DNA of 64,000 nucleotides from Mobula hypostoma (Eukaryota). The stretch is from contig NC_086097.1 of assembly GCF_963921235.1 (NCBI RefSeq), forward strand, positions 10,912,001 to 10,976,000. Reading direction: 5' to 3'. Of this stretch, positions 1 through 13,009 are shown in pieces (the first letter of the stretch is position 1; each line of letters starts with the position of its first letter). The notes beneath the pieces were generated by a model. It was given only the letters and a program-made list of their open reading frames with translations. It was not told the DNA's origin and ran no database searches. The position numbers were made by a program, and so were the translations under genes.

Positions 1-998
1 CAGAAACGTGATCTTGGATTCACACTTGATCTCCAGGCTTCAGGACCGGTGGGCTTTTCACAGGCTTGTCGTGACACTGTTTCTGTTTTTCTTTCCCGTT
101 TACTTTAGTCAATTTAACCTTGTGTGTTGTTACATACCTCAAGGAGACCTTGTGACTTTCTTGTGAGAATGATGTAGTGGTCTTTTGGAGGTCACCTGAT
201 GTAATTTTCCTGCCGATGTGGGGTCACTTGATGACATGTTCACCACGGGTATAAAAGGGAAGATCCCTGGTGACGCAGTTAGTTTTCCAGCTAGAACGTT
301 AGTCAGTGTCTCCGTTCCGTTGCGTATTTGTTTTATGATGCAGTTTCATTTTTAAAACGGAGTGTTATGTTCTATTGTAAGGTACAATAGTGCTGGACTG
401 GCAGTTTACCCATTTCTGCCAGATTTGGCGATGTACTTTTTCAGTAGTATTGGAGAGTGAAGACTTTATCGAAGTACAGGACCTGAAGGATTAAGAGAAG
501 TTGGTAATGTTCGGCAGTTTAATAAAGGATCGACCTTATTGAGTCTTCGTTGAAGAAGTAGAAATATGCATTGAAGATAACTCCTGCCAAAACAGCAAGG
601 TAGTTCATGCAGGATTTGCTCGCCAGAAGAAAGGTCAGTTGTTTTAAGCCATTTATTTCCTTCATCGTGAATCCTTTGGACAGAACCAGCAGGAAAGTCA
701 CGTCTATGAAGAAATCCTTCTCCACAGAAGTCTCTCCCAATTGAATGTATACACCTGTTGGACTTTTGAATTTACCATTTTAAGAACTGTATTTGACTTT
801 ACAACTTTAAGAATTGTTTTTGCATTTATTGCTTTAAGAACCAGTACTGAGTGGCGATTTGTCGAATGGCCGCTTAGCAGTTAATTTCCGGTTAAGGTTG
901 TCATTGTTTTTTTTATTGTTTATCTGTGTTTAATAAATGTTTGGTTGTTTTTATATAACTTGTCTCGATTGATATTCATTGTGATCGGTTACGTAACA
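1..998 (+). mobile_element. LTR (5' end outside the window), probably a solo LTR adjoining decayed Gypsy pol
   Basis: TATAAAA at 250, AATAAA at 932, ends ...GGTTACGTAACA, the same terminus as the LTR-like unit ending at 53736. Confidence 0.6.
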
Positions 999-999
999 G

Positions 1000-2610
1000 T
1001 GTTCCTTCAGTTGTCAACGGGTTTTCATGTACTGGAAGGTTAGGGCTTACAAGTTGACCCATCAGAAGTAGTGGCACACTTCTGTAAATCATCAAACTTT
1101 TGTGCAAATCTTCTTGTCCACTTTGCACTTTCTTTATGAGACCCTTCACTACCTTGACCGAACTTTCTGCTAGGCCATTAGATTCTGCATGATGTGGGCT
1201 TGAAGTTATATGTTGAAACCCTCAATCATTGGCAAAGGACTCAAATTAACAGCTCGAAAATTGTTGACCATTGTCTAATACCACTCCACATGGAACTCCA
1301 TGCCTCGCAAACACAGCTTTCGGGACGGTGATGACCACTTTGCTGGATGTTGAGTGCAGTGTTGCAACATCTGGGTAGTTGGAAAAGTAGTCTGTTACAA
1401 CAATGTGACTCTTTCCATTACAAACAAACAAATCCACTCCAACTTTGAAGTATGGCTTGTCTGGTACAGGGTGTGGTGTAAGCGGTTCTGCTTGCTGCTT
1501 TGGTCTGTAGGTAAGACAATCTCATATGAGACAATAGTCTGAATGATGTCTTGGTTCATTCTTGACCAATATGTCACTTCCCAAGCTCTACATTTACATT
1601 TTTCCTCACCATGATGCCCTTTGTGTATCTTCTGGAGCATTTCCTTGCACAGTGACACTGAAATCACAAACCTGTTCCCTTTGAACACTGTATCTTCCAC
1701 TACTAACAGTCCAGCTCTGCCCGCACGCTGATTCTGAATACACATTGGACTGTCATTATCAGCTGCTGGCCATCCTTTTTGTATTGTCTCTTTGAGTACT
1801 TTCATTGTTTCATCCATCCCTGCTGCTGTCCCAATCTCTGGTCAATCAGGAGATACCGGAATGAAGGTGACAATTATGTCAACACAGGCCTGTATACAAG
1901 CATTAATCTTTTGGTCACTCTTTTCTTTCTTGTTGACTGCTCAAGATAGTGCATCAGCAATAAATATAGATTTTCCCAGTGCATAGTGGTTTGGATGTAA
2001 TTGAGACCAATAGTTTATGGTCTGTCTCCACTTCAAGAGTAGATCCATAGATATACTGATGGAACCTTTCACATGCATATGTGCTGGTGAGAGGCTGTTT
2101 CTCCTTTTGTGCATAGTTGGTTTCCACACTTGTTAATGCCATTGATGCATAGGTCATAGGTTGCCATGTGTCATCATGCTGCTTCAGTAGTAATGCTCCA
2201 AGGCCGTACTGGGATGCATCAGCAAATATCCTAGTACACTTTTCCAGATATTAACCTTCAGCATGGTCTGTTCAGTCAGGACTCTTTTCAGAATCAGGAA
2301 ACTCACTTCTTGCTCATGAGACCAAATCCACTCATTTTGCTGCCCAAGAATGTCCTAAGTGGTGCTGACACTGTAAACAGTCAAGGCATGAACTTAGCCA
2401 GGAAATTTACCATCCCCAAGAAACCTCCTCCTTTTTTTTTTGGAGCCTCTCTATGTTTTTAGTGCCTGATGTCCTTCTCAGGCCAGGCTTCACTCTCTCT
2501 TCCAATATGACATCTCCTGCAAAAGTCCATTTCTTAACACCAAATTCACATTTCTCTTTATTTAATTTCAAATTGACATTCCATGTCATGTCAGACATCT
2601 GTCTCAGTCA
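1000..2610 (-). mobile_element. Decayed Ty3/Gypsy pol (RT end, RNase H, integrase)
   Basis: Frameshifted motifs LKLNKEKCEFG, YAQKEK..ACERFHQYIYG..ETDHK, IHKGHHGEEKC..YW (Zn finger), DLF..VTDYFS..FARHGVP..DNGQQF. Confidence 0.85.
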
Positions 2611-2619
2611 TGCATCAAG

Positions 2620-2752
2620 TCCTGATAAGGGTCTCGGCCCAAAACATTGACTGTTTACTCTTCTCCATAGACGCTGTCTGGTCTGATGAGTTCTTCTAAC
2701 AGTCTGTGTGCATGGCTTGGACTTACAGCATCTGCAGATTTCCTCATGTTTG
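2620..2752 (+). repeat. Penelope-terminus-derived short repeat with degenerate hammerhead motif
   Basis: cctgataagggtctcggcccaaaac...cagcatctgcagattt; same family as 11197-11334 and 57352-57492. Confidence 0.65.
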
Positions 2753-3088
2753 AGTTCACAAGCATGCTTTATTCAGATCACTTCTAGGACAAATAGTCAA
2801 AGTCCCTCCAGATTGTTCGAAATGTATGTTGCATGGGGAGTTTTTCATCCAGTGCACACCCATTGGGGAAATTACATCAGGATGCAATGGTGTCTTATGC
2901 CCTAATGTGGTGGGCAAAATTCCAGTGTGACTCAAAATGCTTTTTATTGCATTTTTGCCTCGGAAAGTTTTCTGTCATTACAGTGAAAAAGTTAAGAGTC
3001 AAAAGTTAAAAGTTCTAGGCTAATCTGTTTTATAAGAATAGGAACTCATTGTCATGAAATCTTCATTTTGCTACTGAGTCCAACAATA

Positions 3089-3993
3089 CATTCAGTGGCC
3101 ACTTTATTAGGTACACCTGCTTGTTAATGCAAATACTTCAACTGTGAACATTCCTAGACCTTGTGGTATGATGTATATATTCTATGTTTTTTTTCCTCTT
3201 TTTTCCACTTACATGGTTTGTTCTTTTGTTTTTGCATGTTGAGTGTTTTATGATTTCTTTGAACAGGTTCCATAGTGTTTCTTTGTTTTGTGGCCATCTG
3301 TGAAAAGACAAGTCTCAGAGCTGTATACTGCATACATACTTCGATAATAATTTCACTTTGATCTTTGCTATCTAATCAACCAATCATATGGCAGTAACAC
3401 AATGCATAAAAGCATGCAGACATGGGCAAGTTGTTGTTTAGACCAAACATCAGAATGGGGAAGAAATGTGATCTAAGTGATTGTTGGTGTCAGATGGAGT
3501 GGATTGAGCATCTCATGAACCGCTGATCCCCTGGGATTTTCACCCAACAGTCTCTAGAGTTTACAGAGAACGCTACAAAAAAAATCATCCAATGAGCATC
3601 AATGTTATAAGGAAGCAGATTAGTGAATTCAGTAAGCAAATCTGCAGACACTGCAGGTCCATCATTAACCAACACTAGTGGAAACAACTTTCGGAACAAT
3701 TTTTCATCAGCAAGTAAGTTAACTTTCCATTTTACAGGCAGTCCTGTGGATGAAAACACCTTGTTAATGAGAGAGATCAGAGGAGAATGCCCAAACTGGT
3801 TCAAGCTGGCCGGAAGGTTCCAGTAATAGATATAGCCAAGCATTGCAACAGTGGTGTACAGAAGAGCGCCCCTGAACACACAACTTGTTGAACTTTGAAG
3901 TGAATGGACTACAGCTGCAGAAGAACCATGGATATCCACTCAGTGTCCTCTTTACTAGTTAGAGGCCATACCTAATAAGGTGGTCACTGATTG
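3089..3993. mobile_element. Non-autonomous Tc1/mariner element with nested repeat fragments
   Basis: TA|CATTCAGTGGCCACTTTATTAGGTA ... TACCTAATAAGGTGGTCACTGATTG|TA inverted termini with TA TSD. Confidence 0.75.
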
Positions 3994-4344
3994 TATATAA
4001 CTTGCGGTGTTCCTTTCAAAAGCAAAGCAGTTGGTATTTCTAATAAAAACAGAGAAAGCTGGAAATAGCCAGCAGGTCAGGCAACATCTGTGAGGAGACA
4101 AACAGAGTTAAGAGATCATTGACTTGAAATGGTTAGTCTGTTTCTTTCATCATAGATGCTGACTGACTGGCTGAGTGTTTCCAGCATTTTTAGATTTTGT
4201 TCCAGACTTTCAGCTTTGCTTTTCCACCACAGGTACATCTTCCTTAGGTTAATTGATGCAGGCCATATAAATGGCTGGACGTTCCAAACTGCTAAACTGT
4301 TCAAAGGATCAAAGAGCATTTGACTGCAGATCAAAAGGTCCTTG

Positions 4345-4592
4345 ATGGGGCGGTACAGAATGTAGCATTTAGTATTATGCTATTACATTGCAGTGAGTTA
4401 GATTCAGTTCTGCTGCTGCCTGGAAGAAGTTTGCACGTTCTCCTCGTCACCATGTGGGTTTCCTCCGGGTGCTCGGGTTTCCACCCACATACCAAAGATG
4501 CATGGGTTAGCAGATCATTTGGTCACATGGGTGCAACTAGGCAGCATGGCCTGATTGGGCCGAGAGGACCCGTTACCGTGCTGTATCTCTAA
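4345..4592 (+). mobile_element. V-SINE (HE1-like), decayed
   Basis: Core gtttgcacgttctcctcgt...gtgggtttcctccgggtgctcgggtttccaccc. Confidence 0.65.
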
Positions 4593-4889
4593 ATTTAAAA
4601 AAAAATCAAAAGATTTGGAAAAAATATTTTTGAGTGATGTGTTCAAAAACAGTGATGTAAGTGTTATTTGACTGATCCCGGAAGAATGGAGTCAATTAAA
4701 CTCTTGTGTGTGACAAAAACATGTTGGATGCAACACTTTTATTTATAAAAATCACACCATTCCTGCAACATTCCTTATCAGACATTATAACACTGCAGGA
4801 TGTTGTTTTAGAAAGGTCTGTATCATTTGTCTGAGGCAGTCTTTCAGGTTTTTGTAGTTAAATCTCCAATTGTTTTTATTTTTTCTCTT

Positions 4890-5112
4890 ATTGAGATACA
4901 GCGCAGAACAGGCCTTTCCAGCCTTTCCAGCCACAAAACACAGCAACCCCCAATTTGACCCTAACAGGGCAATTGGACTGTGGCAGGAAACCCACACGGT
5001 CATAAGGAGAATGCACAAACTCCTTACAATTGCCCAGTGGCAGGAATTGCACCCGGGTCATCTGTACTGTAAAACCATGTGCTAACCATTACACTACTGC
5101 GCTACCCCATTG
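4890..5112 (-). mobile_element. V-SINE (HE1-like), decayed
   Basis: Reverse core ggactgtggcaggaaacccacacggtc...caaactccttac. Confidence 0.6.
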
Positions 5113-5799
5113 TCACCTACAATTCCTCAGTTCTGAGCCCAAGAACATATTGAAGTGGCAGGCTCCAGATCCAACAGCAAGTAAGGTCCCGAGGCTGGAC
5201 AATTTAAGCTAGATTGAAAAGGTCAGGATGTCAGGGGTGGTTCAGATTGTTGATCTGCAAGGATTATTCATCTCAGCACTAAATTGAGGCTGTGGCCAAA
5301 GAAACTATTGGAATCCAAGATCATAGCTGTGGCCTCACTTCACTAAATTTTAGTTCTCAATGCTAATTGCTATCTATTATTGTTTGAACAGTTTGTTTTC
5401 TTTCTGCATATTGGATGTTCAATGGTCTTCCTTTTCTCAATGGACTGTATTGGGTTTCTTAGTTTTGTGTCTGCCTTTAAGGAGACAAATCTCGAGGTTG
5501 TATAATGTATACATACTTTGATAATAAATGTACTTTGAACTTTTGAACCCTGAATCACACTTTCACCCTTGTCCCTGTAGTAAAACGTCTCTTATCAAGT
5601 CACGGATCACAACCTACTTGAAGTGATCAAGTTAATCTGACCCTCTTTTCCTTACTTGATCAGTATTACTTCCCCCCGGCATTTCTCCATTAGTGTCCAA
5701 CAAGTACTTGCCTGCTTCCATTCTTTTGCAGTCACCTCTAGAAAGTCATTTGCAAGGGCTCGTTTTAGCTGCCACTATCTCTAAGATCCCTGATATAAA

Positions 5800-6180
5800 T
5801 CTCTAATATGGATGGCAGAGTGAAGATACGTCTCTACCAAAGGAGATGTAAGGCACTCCTTCACACCTCTAGCCTGCAGGTCACACTTGGGAAAGGTGTA
5901 GCACCTGCTTAGCCCCCCAGTCAGGGTCACGTGAAGCCATGGGAGCAGGTGGGTGATGGTCACCTGAGCAACTGGTGCATATCATAAATCCTGGTTATGC
6001 GACCACTGATGCCAGGCAGACAATCTCTGAAGAGTACTGATATTGGCTAGGGTCACCCGTCTTGTAAAGGACACTGCTCAGAAGAGGGCAAAGGCAAACC
6101 ACTTCTGTAGAAAAAATAAGCCAAGACTAATCATGGTCATGGAAAGACAGTGATCACCCATGTCATAGGACATGGCTAAT
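5800..6180 (+). mobile_element. SINE-like repeat with RTE-type 3' tail; other copies at ~38230-38430, 39060-39200, 55740-56090 (-), 61850-62130
   Basis: Shared gcctgcaggtcac..ggtgtagcacctgcttag..cagggtcacgtgaagccatgg and tail ggcaaaccacttctgtag...ccaaga. Confidence 0.6.
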
Positions 6181-6298
6181 AAACAAATATTTCACATCAG
6201 CATGCTGCCCTGTCAGTGATAGATCTGAAAACTCAGACCTTCTCTGTCCCTGTCCCCCTTCTCTCTTTATCTAGTCCTTATTCTGGCTGCCCTGTTAT

Positions 6299-6590
6299 CC
6301 ATGGTCCTATCTCTTCTCCTCACCTGCCCACCATCCTTCCCTTACTCCCATGGTCCAATCTCTTCTCCTATCCATGGTCCTATCTCTTCTCCTATCCCAC
6401 CATCCTTCCCTTACTCCCATGGTCCAATCTCTTCCCCTATCCATGGTCCTATCTCTACTCCTCACCTGCCCACCATCCTTCCCTTACTCCCATGGTCCAA
6501 TCTCTTCTCCTATCCATGGTCCTATCTCTACTCCTCACCTGCCCACCATCCTTCCCTTACTCCCATGGTCCAAACTCTTCTCCTATCAGA
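6299..6590. repeat. Higher-order minisatellite (~49 + 24 bp alternating units, about four 73-bp repeats)
   Basis: CCATGGTCC recurs at 6299, 6348, 6372, 6417, 6441, 6490, 6514, 6563. Confidence 0.9.
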
Positions 6591-6759
6591 TTCCTTTGAC
6601 TTTGGCCCTTTATGTTTTCCACCTCACACATCCCAGCTTCTCACCTCATCCCCCACCTACCTTCCCCCTCACATGCTTTCACCTATCACCTGCCATCTTG
6701 TACTCTCTTCCCTCCCCCCCATTTTTCTATCCCACCTTCCCTCCCCCACCCCCACTTCC

Positions 6760-7715
6760 TTTCCAAACTCAATATGTAAGTTTGCTGATGACAAAACATT
6801 TGTAGGCCATATCTCGGGTAATAATGAGTTTGAGTACAGAGAGGAAATTAAGAACCTGGTGGCATGGTGCGAAGACAATAACCTATCCCTCAACATCAGC
6901 AAGACGAAGGAATTGGTTGTTGACTTCAGAAGGAGTAGAGGACCGCACGACCCAACTTACATTGGTGGTGCGCAAGTGGAACAGGTCAAAAGCTTTAACT
7001 ACCTCGGGGTCAATATCACAAATGACCTGACTTGGTCCAACCAAGCAGAGTCCACTGCCAAGAAGGCCCAACAGCGCCTTTACTTCCTGAGAAAACTAAA
7101 GAAATTTGGCCTGTCCCCTAAAACCTTCACTAATTTTTATAGATGCACCGTAGAAAGCATTCTTCTGGAGTGCATCACAACCTGGTATGGAAGTTGTCCT
7201 GTCCAAGACCGAAAGAAGCTGCAGAAGATCGTGAACACGGTGCAGCACATCACACAAACCAATCTTCTGTCCGTGGACTCACTTTACACCGCATGCTGTC
7301 GGAGCAGTGCTGCCAGGATAATCAAGGACACGACCCACCCAGCCAACACACTTTTCGTCCCTATTCCCTCCGGGAGAAGGCTCAGGAGCCTGAAGACTTG
7401 TACGGCCAAATTTGGGAACAGCTTCTTTCCAACTGTGATAAGACTGCTGAGCGGATCCTGACCTGGATCTGGGCCATACCCTCCAAATATCCGGACCTGC
7501 CTCTCAGTTTTTTTGCCCTACCTTTCTTTCTATTCTTCTATTTTCTATTTATGATTTATAATTTAAATTTTTAATACTTACTAATTTTTACTATTTTTAA
7601 CATTTATTATTTGTAATCTAGGGAGTGGGAAGCGCAGAATCAAACATCACTGTGATGATTGTACGTTCTAGTACCAATTGTTTGGCGACAATAAGGTATA
7701 AAGTATAAAGTATAA
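6760..7715 (+). mobile_element. 5'-truncated Rex1/Babar-like LINE with an intact RT C-terminal frame
   Basis: KFADD..LVAWCEDNNLSLNISKTKELVVDFRR..AQQRLYFLRKL..FYRCTVESIL; 3' tail (TATAAAG)n; near-identical copies at 18145-18480 and 20286-20917. Confidence 0.88.
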
Positions 7716-9271
7716 TGAAAAGTCTCGGCCCAAAGTGGGAAGTCACCAGAACAAAAAGGTGGGGGAGCGGAAGGAGGACAAGGTAGAAGGTGATAGGTGA
7801 AGCCAGGTGAGCACCACCCCCCCTTTCCCATTCCTGATGAAGGGTTTCGACTGTTCATTCATCTTCATTGATGCTGCCTTACCTGCTGAGTTCCTCCAGC
7901 ATTTTGAGTATTGACAACAGTTAAGCTGCACCACCAGATTTAAAATACATTACATTCTGAATATTATCAAAGACAGCATAAATTGTACAGAATATTTGTA
8001 CACAGTGTTGAAAACACGAGGATGGGTGAAGAAAGCAGAGTAAATGTAAGGGGATATGTAGTAGATTGAAATGACTACATTAAAATGCTGATGCGATGGA
8101 AGACACAAGAGTCTCACCATTGAGTGCGGTGGCTGTTATTGAGAGGTTAACGTGCCGCATCTCTCGGCATGCCCAGTGAAAAGGCGTTTCATTGTAGGGG
8201 CTATCATCCTGGATTGAATTTATTGAATACTGCATAATTGCTCGAACAATTGATTGAGTGGTTTTGTGTTTAAGCCATGTGAAACTATTGTCCAGGAAAG
8301 TGATTAAGATACGTGGCTCTGGATGCTGCAGGGATCAAGCACTGGTGTGATTCAAAGAGATTACCTGTTACTAACGTTTGTGTTCTGAGCAGGGTAGATA
8401 CCTGCAGGCCAGAAGAATTGTTGATTCGGGTTTTAAGTACCGTTAGAGTACTGTATTAGGGAATGTTATGATCAGGGAATGGCAGTTTGACCAAACAGTG
8501 AGCAAATATGACATTTTAATTCAGGCTAGCTATGATGTGACGGCAGTGGACCTGCCTGGTACCATTGGGGTACCCGGGGAGACTGGGCCATGGGCCTTCC
8601 ATACTTTCAGAGAAGACTTGAGTGTAGGTGAAGGTGCTGAATAGGAAGTCATATTTCCCATAGCTGAGGGTGGAGATTTAAAAAAAGTCGCTCTCATTTC
8701 TGCAGAGTAAGGAGAAGGAGTTGTCCAATGTGACCAGTCTAATGAGGCTTTCAGCTGTTGATTTAACTTCTGAATTCGTTTTGGCTATTACATCACTGGT
8801 TGATAAATGCAGAAGTGTACCTGCAGAGAGCCAAAGTTATTGTAGGCTGGGAGTGTTCTCTGGGGTGAAGCCCACACCCGATGGGGAAGAAGATCATGAG
8901 GCTTGGGCTGGGCAGACATCTCAGTTACTGGATGAATGGCAGTGCTCAGATAATACAAAAAAACAGACACTGGTAGAGAGCTTAAAGGGGCCGGTGACTG
9001 ATATAGTGAGGTTCCCCAAGGCAGAAAATCTATTAGCCACATCAACTAATTATCTGCAAGCTCTGGAAGATGCTTTTGGCACTGCGGAATGTGCAGCCGA
9101 TCTAAGATAAAGTTTAGGCACACATTCCAGGAGGAAGGAGACAAGTTGTCTGGCCACATTTTCAGGTTGGAGAAGCTACTGCACTGTTTGTGCCACAAAG
9201 GGGCCATTCTACGGTCTGAGAGAAATCACTTGAGGACGGAACAGTTGTGAAGAGCGTAACATGATGTAATT

Positions 9272-10570
9272 AGAAACATAGAAAACCTATAGCACAATAC
9301 AGGCCCTTCGGCCCATTATGCTGTGCTGAACATGTACTTACTTTAGAAATTACCTCGGGTTACACATAGCCCACTATTTTTCTAAGCTCCAGGTACCTAT
9401 CCAGGAGTCTCTTCAAAAACCCTAACCTATCCGCTTCCACCACCATTGCCAGCAGCCCATTTCAAGTGCTCACCACTCTGCATAAAAAACTTACCCCTGA
9501 CATCTCTTCTGTACCTGCTCCCAAGCACCTTAAACCTGTGTCCTCTTGTGGCAACCATTTCAGCCCTGGGAAAAAGCCTCAGACTATCCACACCATCAAT
9601 GCCTCTCGTCATCTTATACATCTCTATCAGGTCACCTCTCATCCTCCGTCGCTCCAAAGAAAAAAGGCCGAGTTCACTCAACCTGTCTTCATAAGGCATG
9701 CTCCCTAATCCAGGCAACATCCGTGTAAATCTCTTCTGCAACCTTTCTATGGTTTCCACATCCTTCCTGTGGTGAGGTGACCAGAACTGAGCACAGTACT
9801 CCAAGGGGGGTCTGACCAGGGTCTTATATAGCTGCAACATTACCTCTTGGCTCCTAAATTCATTTCCATGATCGATGAAGGTCAATACACCATATGCCTT
9901 CTTAACCACAGAGTCAACCTGCGCAGCTGCTTTGAGTGTCCCATGGACTCGGACCCCAAGATTCCCCTAATCTTCCACACTGCCAAGAGTCTTACCATTA
10001 ATACTATATTCTGCCATCATATTTGACCTACCAAAATGAACCACTTCACACTTATCTGGGTTGAAATCCATCTGCCACTTCTCAGCCCAGTTTTGCATCC
10101 TATCAATGTCCTGCTGTAACCTCTGACAGCCCTCCACACTATCCACAATGCCCCAACCTTTGTGTCATCAGCAAACTTACTAACCCATCCCTCCACTTCC
10201 TCATCCAGGTCATTTATAAAGATCACGAAGAGTAAGGGTCCCAGAACAGATCCCTGAGGCACACCACTGGTCACCAACCTCCATGCAGAATATGACCCAT
10301 CTACAACCACTCTTTGCCTTCTGTGGGCAAGCCAGTTCTGGATCACAAAGCAATGTCCCCTTGGATCCCTTGCCTCTTTACTCTCTCAATAAGCCTTGCA
10401 TGGGGTACCTTATCAAATGCCTTGCTGAAATCCATATACACTACATCTACTGCTCTTCCTTCATCAATGTGTTTAGTCACATCCTCAAAAAATTCAATCA
10501 GGCTCGTAAGGCACGACCTGCCCTTGACAAAGCCATGCTGACTATTCCTAATCCTATTATACCTCTCTAT
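9272..10570 (-). mobile_element. 5'-truncated CR1 LINE
   Basis: [58 protein letters not shown]; microsatellite 3' tail. Confidence 0.92.
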
Positions 10571-11196
10571 ATATTCAATATACATTATACCTCTCCATAA
10601 TTGCTTTACATATTCAAATGACCCCCAAGATGCACCTTCCTCCATCTTTTACCGAGTTACTCAGAGAAGTTAGTGGGAAGAAAGCACAGTGGATGAGCGG
10701 GATACCTCTATCAGCAGGGTACAGTCCTTAGTCATAGCCTCTGTTGCTAAAGCAACTCCTGATATCACACCAGTGGGGGTTTTGCAGGATGTCATGAAAG
10801 ATATGAGGGCTGAGGTATTTCAGATGATATCTGTTGGTGCTGCCACCAAGCATGATAAGGCCGATAGGAAGCTGGATCCACTGGTGAGACATATCAGGGC
10901 GAAATCTGCTACTGAGCAGGGTCTCTTGACCAGGGAAGCGATTGGTATTTTCTGTTACAACTGGGAGTATGAGAAGAGAGAACCTTTTGAGAACCTTTTC
11001 CATTTACTGTGTTCAGAACTGCTTTTGAGAAGGTGCAAGTTCCTCCTAAGCAAGATGACAAGCAGAAACGAAGAATTGCGTAGTACACCCAGTCTAAACC
11101 TGTCATGTTACATTGGGATGGAGTAGCTAAAGTGACAGGAGCCCCTGAATTTGCTGGAATGTCCAAGGATTGCAAAAGGAGATTCACTGAGAAGAA

Positions 11197-11334
11197 CAAA
11201 AACAACAGGAATTCTGCAGATGCTGGAAGTTCAAGCAACATACATCAAAGTTGCTGGTGAACGCAGCAGGCCAAGCAGCATCTATAGGAAGAGGTGCAGT
11301 CAACGTTTCAGGCCGAGACCCTTCGTCAGGATTA
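11197..11334 (-). mobile_element. ~140-nt Penelope-derived unit with a minimal hammerhead ribozyme
   Basis: - strand CTGACGA-AGGGTCTCGGCCT-GAAACGTT-GACT; flanking direct repeat ACTGAGAAGAA (11186-11196, 11335-11345). Confidence 0.75.
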
Positions 11335-11829
11335 ACTGAGAAGAAGTTGGGATGTGAAGATGTGTTTTCTACTGATGAGTCTGATGTTGGTTACTCCAGG
11401 AGCACTTGCCACATTATTGGAGTGACTCAGGACACCCCTTTCCGAGAGAGATCTCACTGGTTAGCAGCACCAGAGAATGAAGATGTTTGGCAACACCAAC
11501 TTAAACTGATGCAAAGATGCTCTACTTTTAGCATGTTTGGGTTTGAGCTAAAGATAAGGGGCTTTATTGCTCAACTTAGGAATGTTGTGTCAGCCAATCA
11601 GGATGGTGGAATCGGGAGAAGGCTCTGGAGAGCACTGAGCAGAGAGGTTTTTTTGAGGCAAACTGATGTGGGTCGAGGTTTTTTCAGTGGGAGCTGGGAG
11701 AAGACAGGATGGAAGACGGCTGAAGATGCCATCCCTGTTGCACAAGGTGCTTTGTGCAGATGAATGGCTCCAAGCAGGAAGGACCAATACTCCCATGGGG
11801 GAGCCCATTTGTTCTTGACTTTGAGTGAC

Positions 11830-12365
11830 ATTTGGAAGGTGATATGTACTGAGGGGATTTAAGCCTACACAGAATAGCTGTGGGGATAGTGTACCACCCT
11901 GGTATATTCCATATCTGATGGCCACTTGTGCTCTTGACTTTGAGTTAACTTCTAGCATTCTCCTCCAATGGTCCATTGAGTTCTTGGTGAAGGCCCTTAG
12001 TGTCTTGTTGACCTTGTACAGAGACAGGTATTCCAGGATCCATGTGTGGGGCATTTCTGGTAGTCAATCCAGACTGTGCTTAAGTTGGTTTGCCTGGTTT
12101 TGGAGTCTTGCATGACTGCTTTGTGTACCCATAGTTGGTGCTCAAAGTCTTTGGTTCCTTTAAAAATTACCCTCTGAGCAGGGCTCAGGAATTTACATAC
12201 ATGTTCCTTCAGCTTGGTGGCTACGATGCCTGATAGGAGCTTCCATGTTATTGACAGGCAGGTTATAGGCCAGTAGTTTGATGGTGTTGCTTCTTTGTGA
12301 GAATCCTTCGTTATGACTACTGTCCATCATTGAGTTAGCCAGTCAGGGTGGGAGTCTGCTTCACT
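11830..12365 (-). mobile_element. R4/Dong-like (restriction-like endonuclease clade) LINE RT fragment
   Basis: PHTWILEYLSLYKVN...AIRYGIYQGGTLSPQLFCVGLNPLS; upstream NYWPITCLS. Confidence 0.7.
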
Positions 12366-13009
12366 TGCTTCAAGGAATATATATATATATAGCCAAGCAC
12401 ACTCATTTCTCAATTGTTCAGAACTTTTGGACTATTTTAGTGGTGTTTAGTATTGGGGCTTTCTGAAGATTTACATAAATATTGCTGTGTAGCTATCTGT
12501 AATAATGGATCAGTCATAACATAATTTGCAGGACTCTGACTCTAAAACTGGATCAGGCTTGTATTTATAGTAAGGTATGGGGTCTTTTATGAGTTTGTAT
12601 TTTAATGCAAGGTTTTGGTGAATAATGTTCTCCACTTGATTGTGCCTGTGTAAGTAATCAGATTGAGTTAAATTTCTGCAGGATTCTGTAATGTGCTGGA
12701 TTGTTTCTAGTTTCTCTTGTCATTTTCTATATTTATCATCTTGAATCTGTTGGTTTTTTTTTGTATTTTTGATAATTTTTTTGTGTTAACCACCTGATCC
12801 TGTTTTGCCACAAGGAACCTTCTGTTTCTTTAAAGAGGTCTGCAACTTTGAACCAGGTGTTCAATGCTTTCTTGTTGACATCTAGTCTGTTCAGATTATG
12901 GGGATGTCTTCCCTGGAGGGTCATGCTCTTCCATAACTTTTTCTTCAATAATGTTAATTTCTTCATTTTTCTGGATTGTGCTTTCATTTATGTTTTGTCG
13001 TGTTAACAT

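Larger units (their letters stand above)
8320..11510 (+). mobile_element. Decayed Gypsy element with PNMA-like gag and the start of pol, interrupted by a CR1 and a hammerhead unit
   Basis: YCRLGVFSGVKPTPDGEEDHEAW...WQCSDNTKKQTLVESLKGP (Ma/PNMA-type capsid), degenerate Zn knuckle FCYNW, DVFSTDESDVG..CHII..DTPFRER (pre-RT); many stops. Confidence 0.8.

Noticed and set aside
6299..6590. CRISPR-like repeat-spacer array
   Set aside because: The intervening segments repeat each other rather than being unique spacers; eukaryotic context with no cas genes.
6301..7461. 386-aa ORF as a novel host protein
   Set aside because: N-terminus is a translated stop-free minisatellite, C-terminus a truncated LINE RT; no promoter or splice evidence.
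8721..9110. Domesticated PNMA/Ma-family gene
   Set aside because: Stops and frameshifts on both sides, a CR1 insertion and downstream pol remnants mark it as a dead Gypsy gag.
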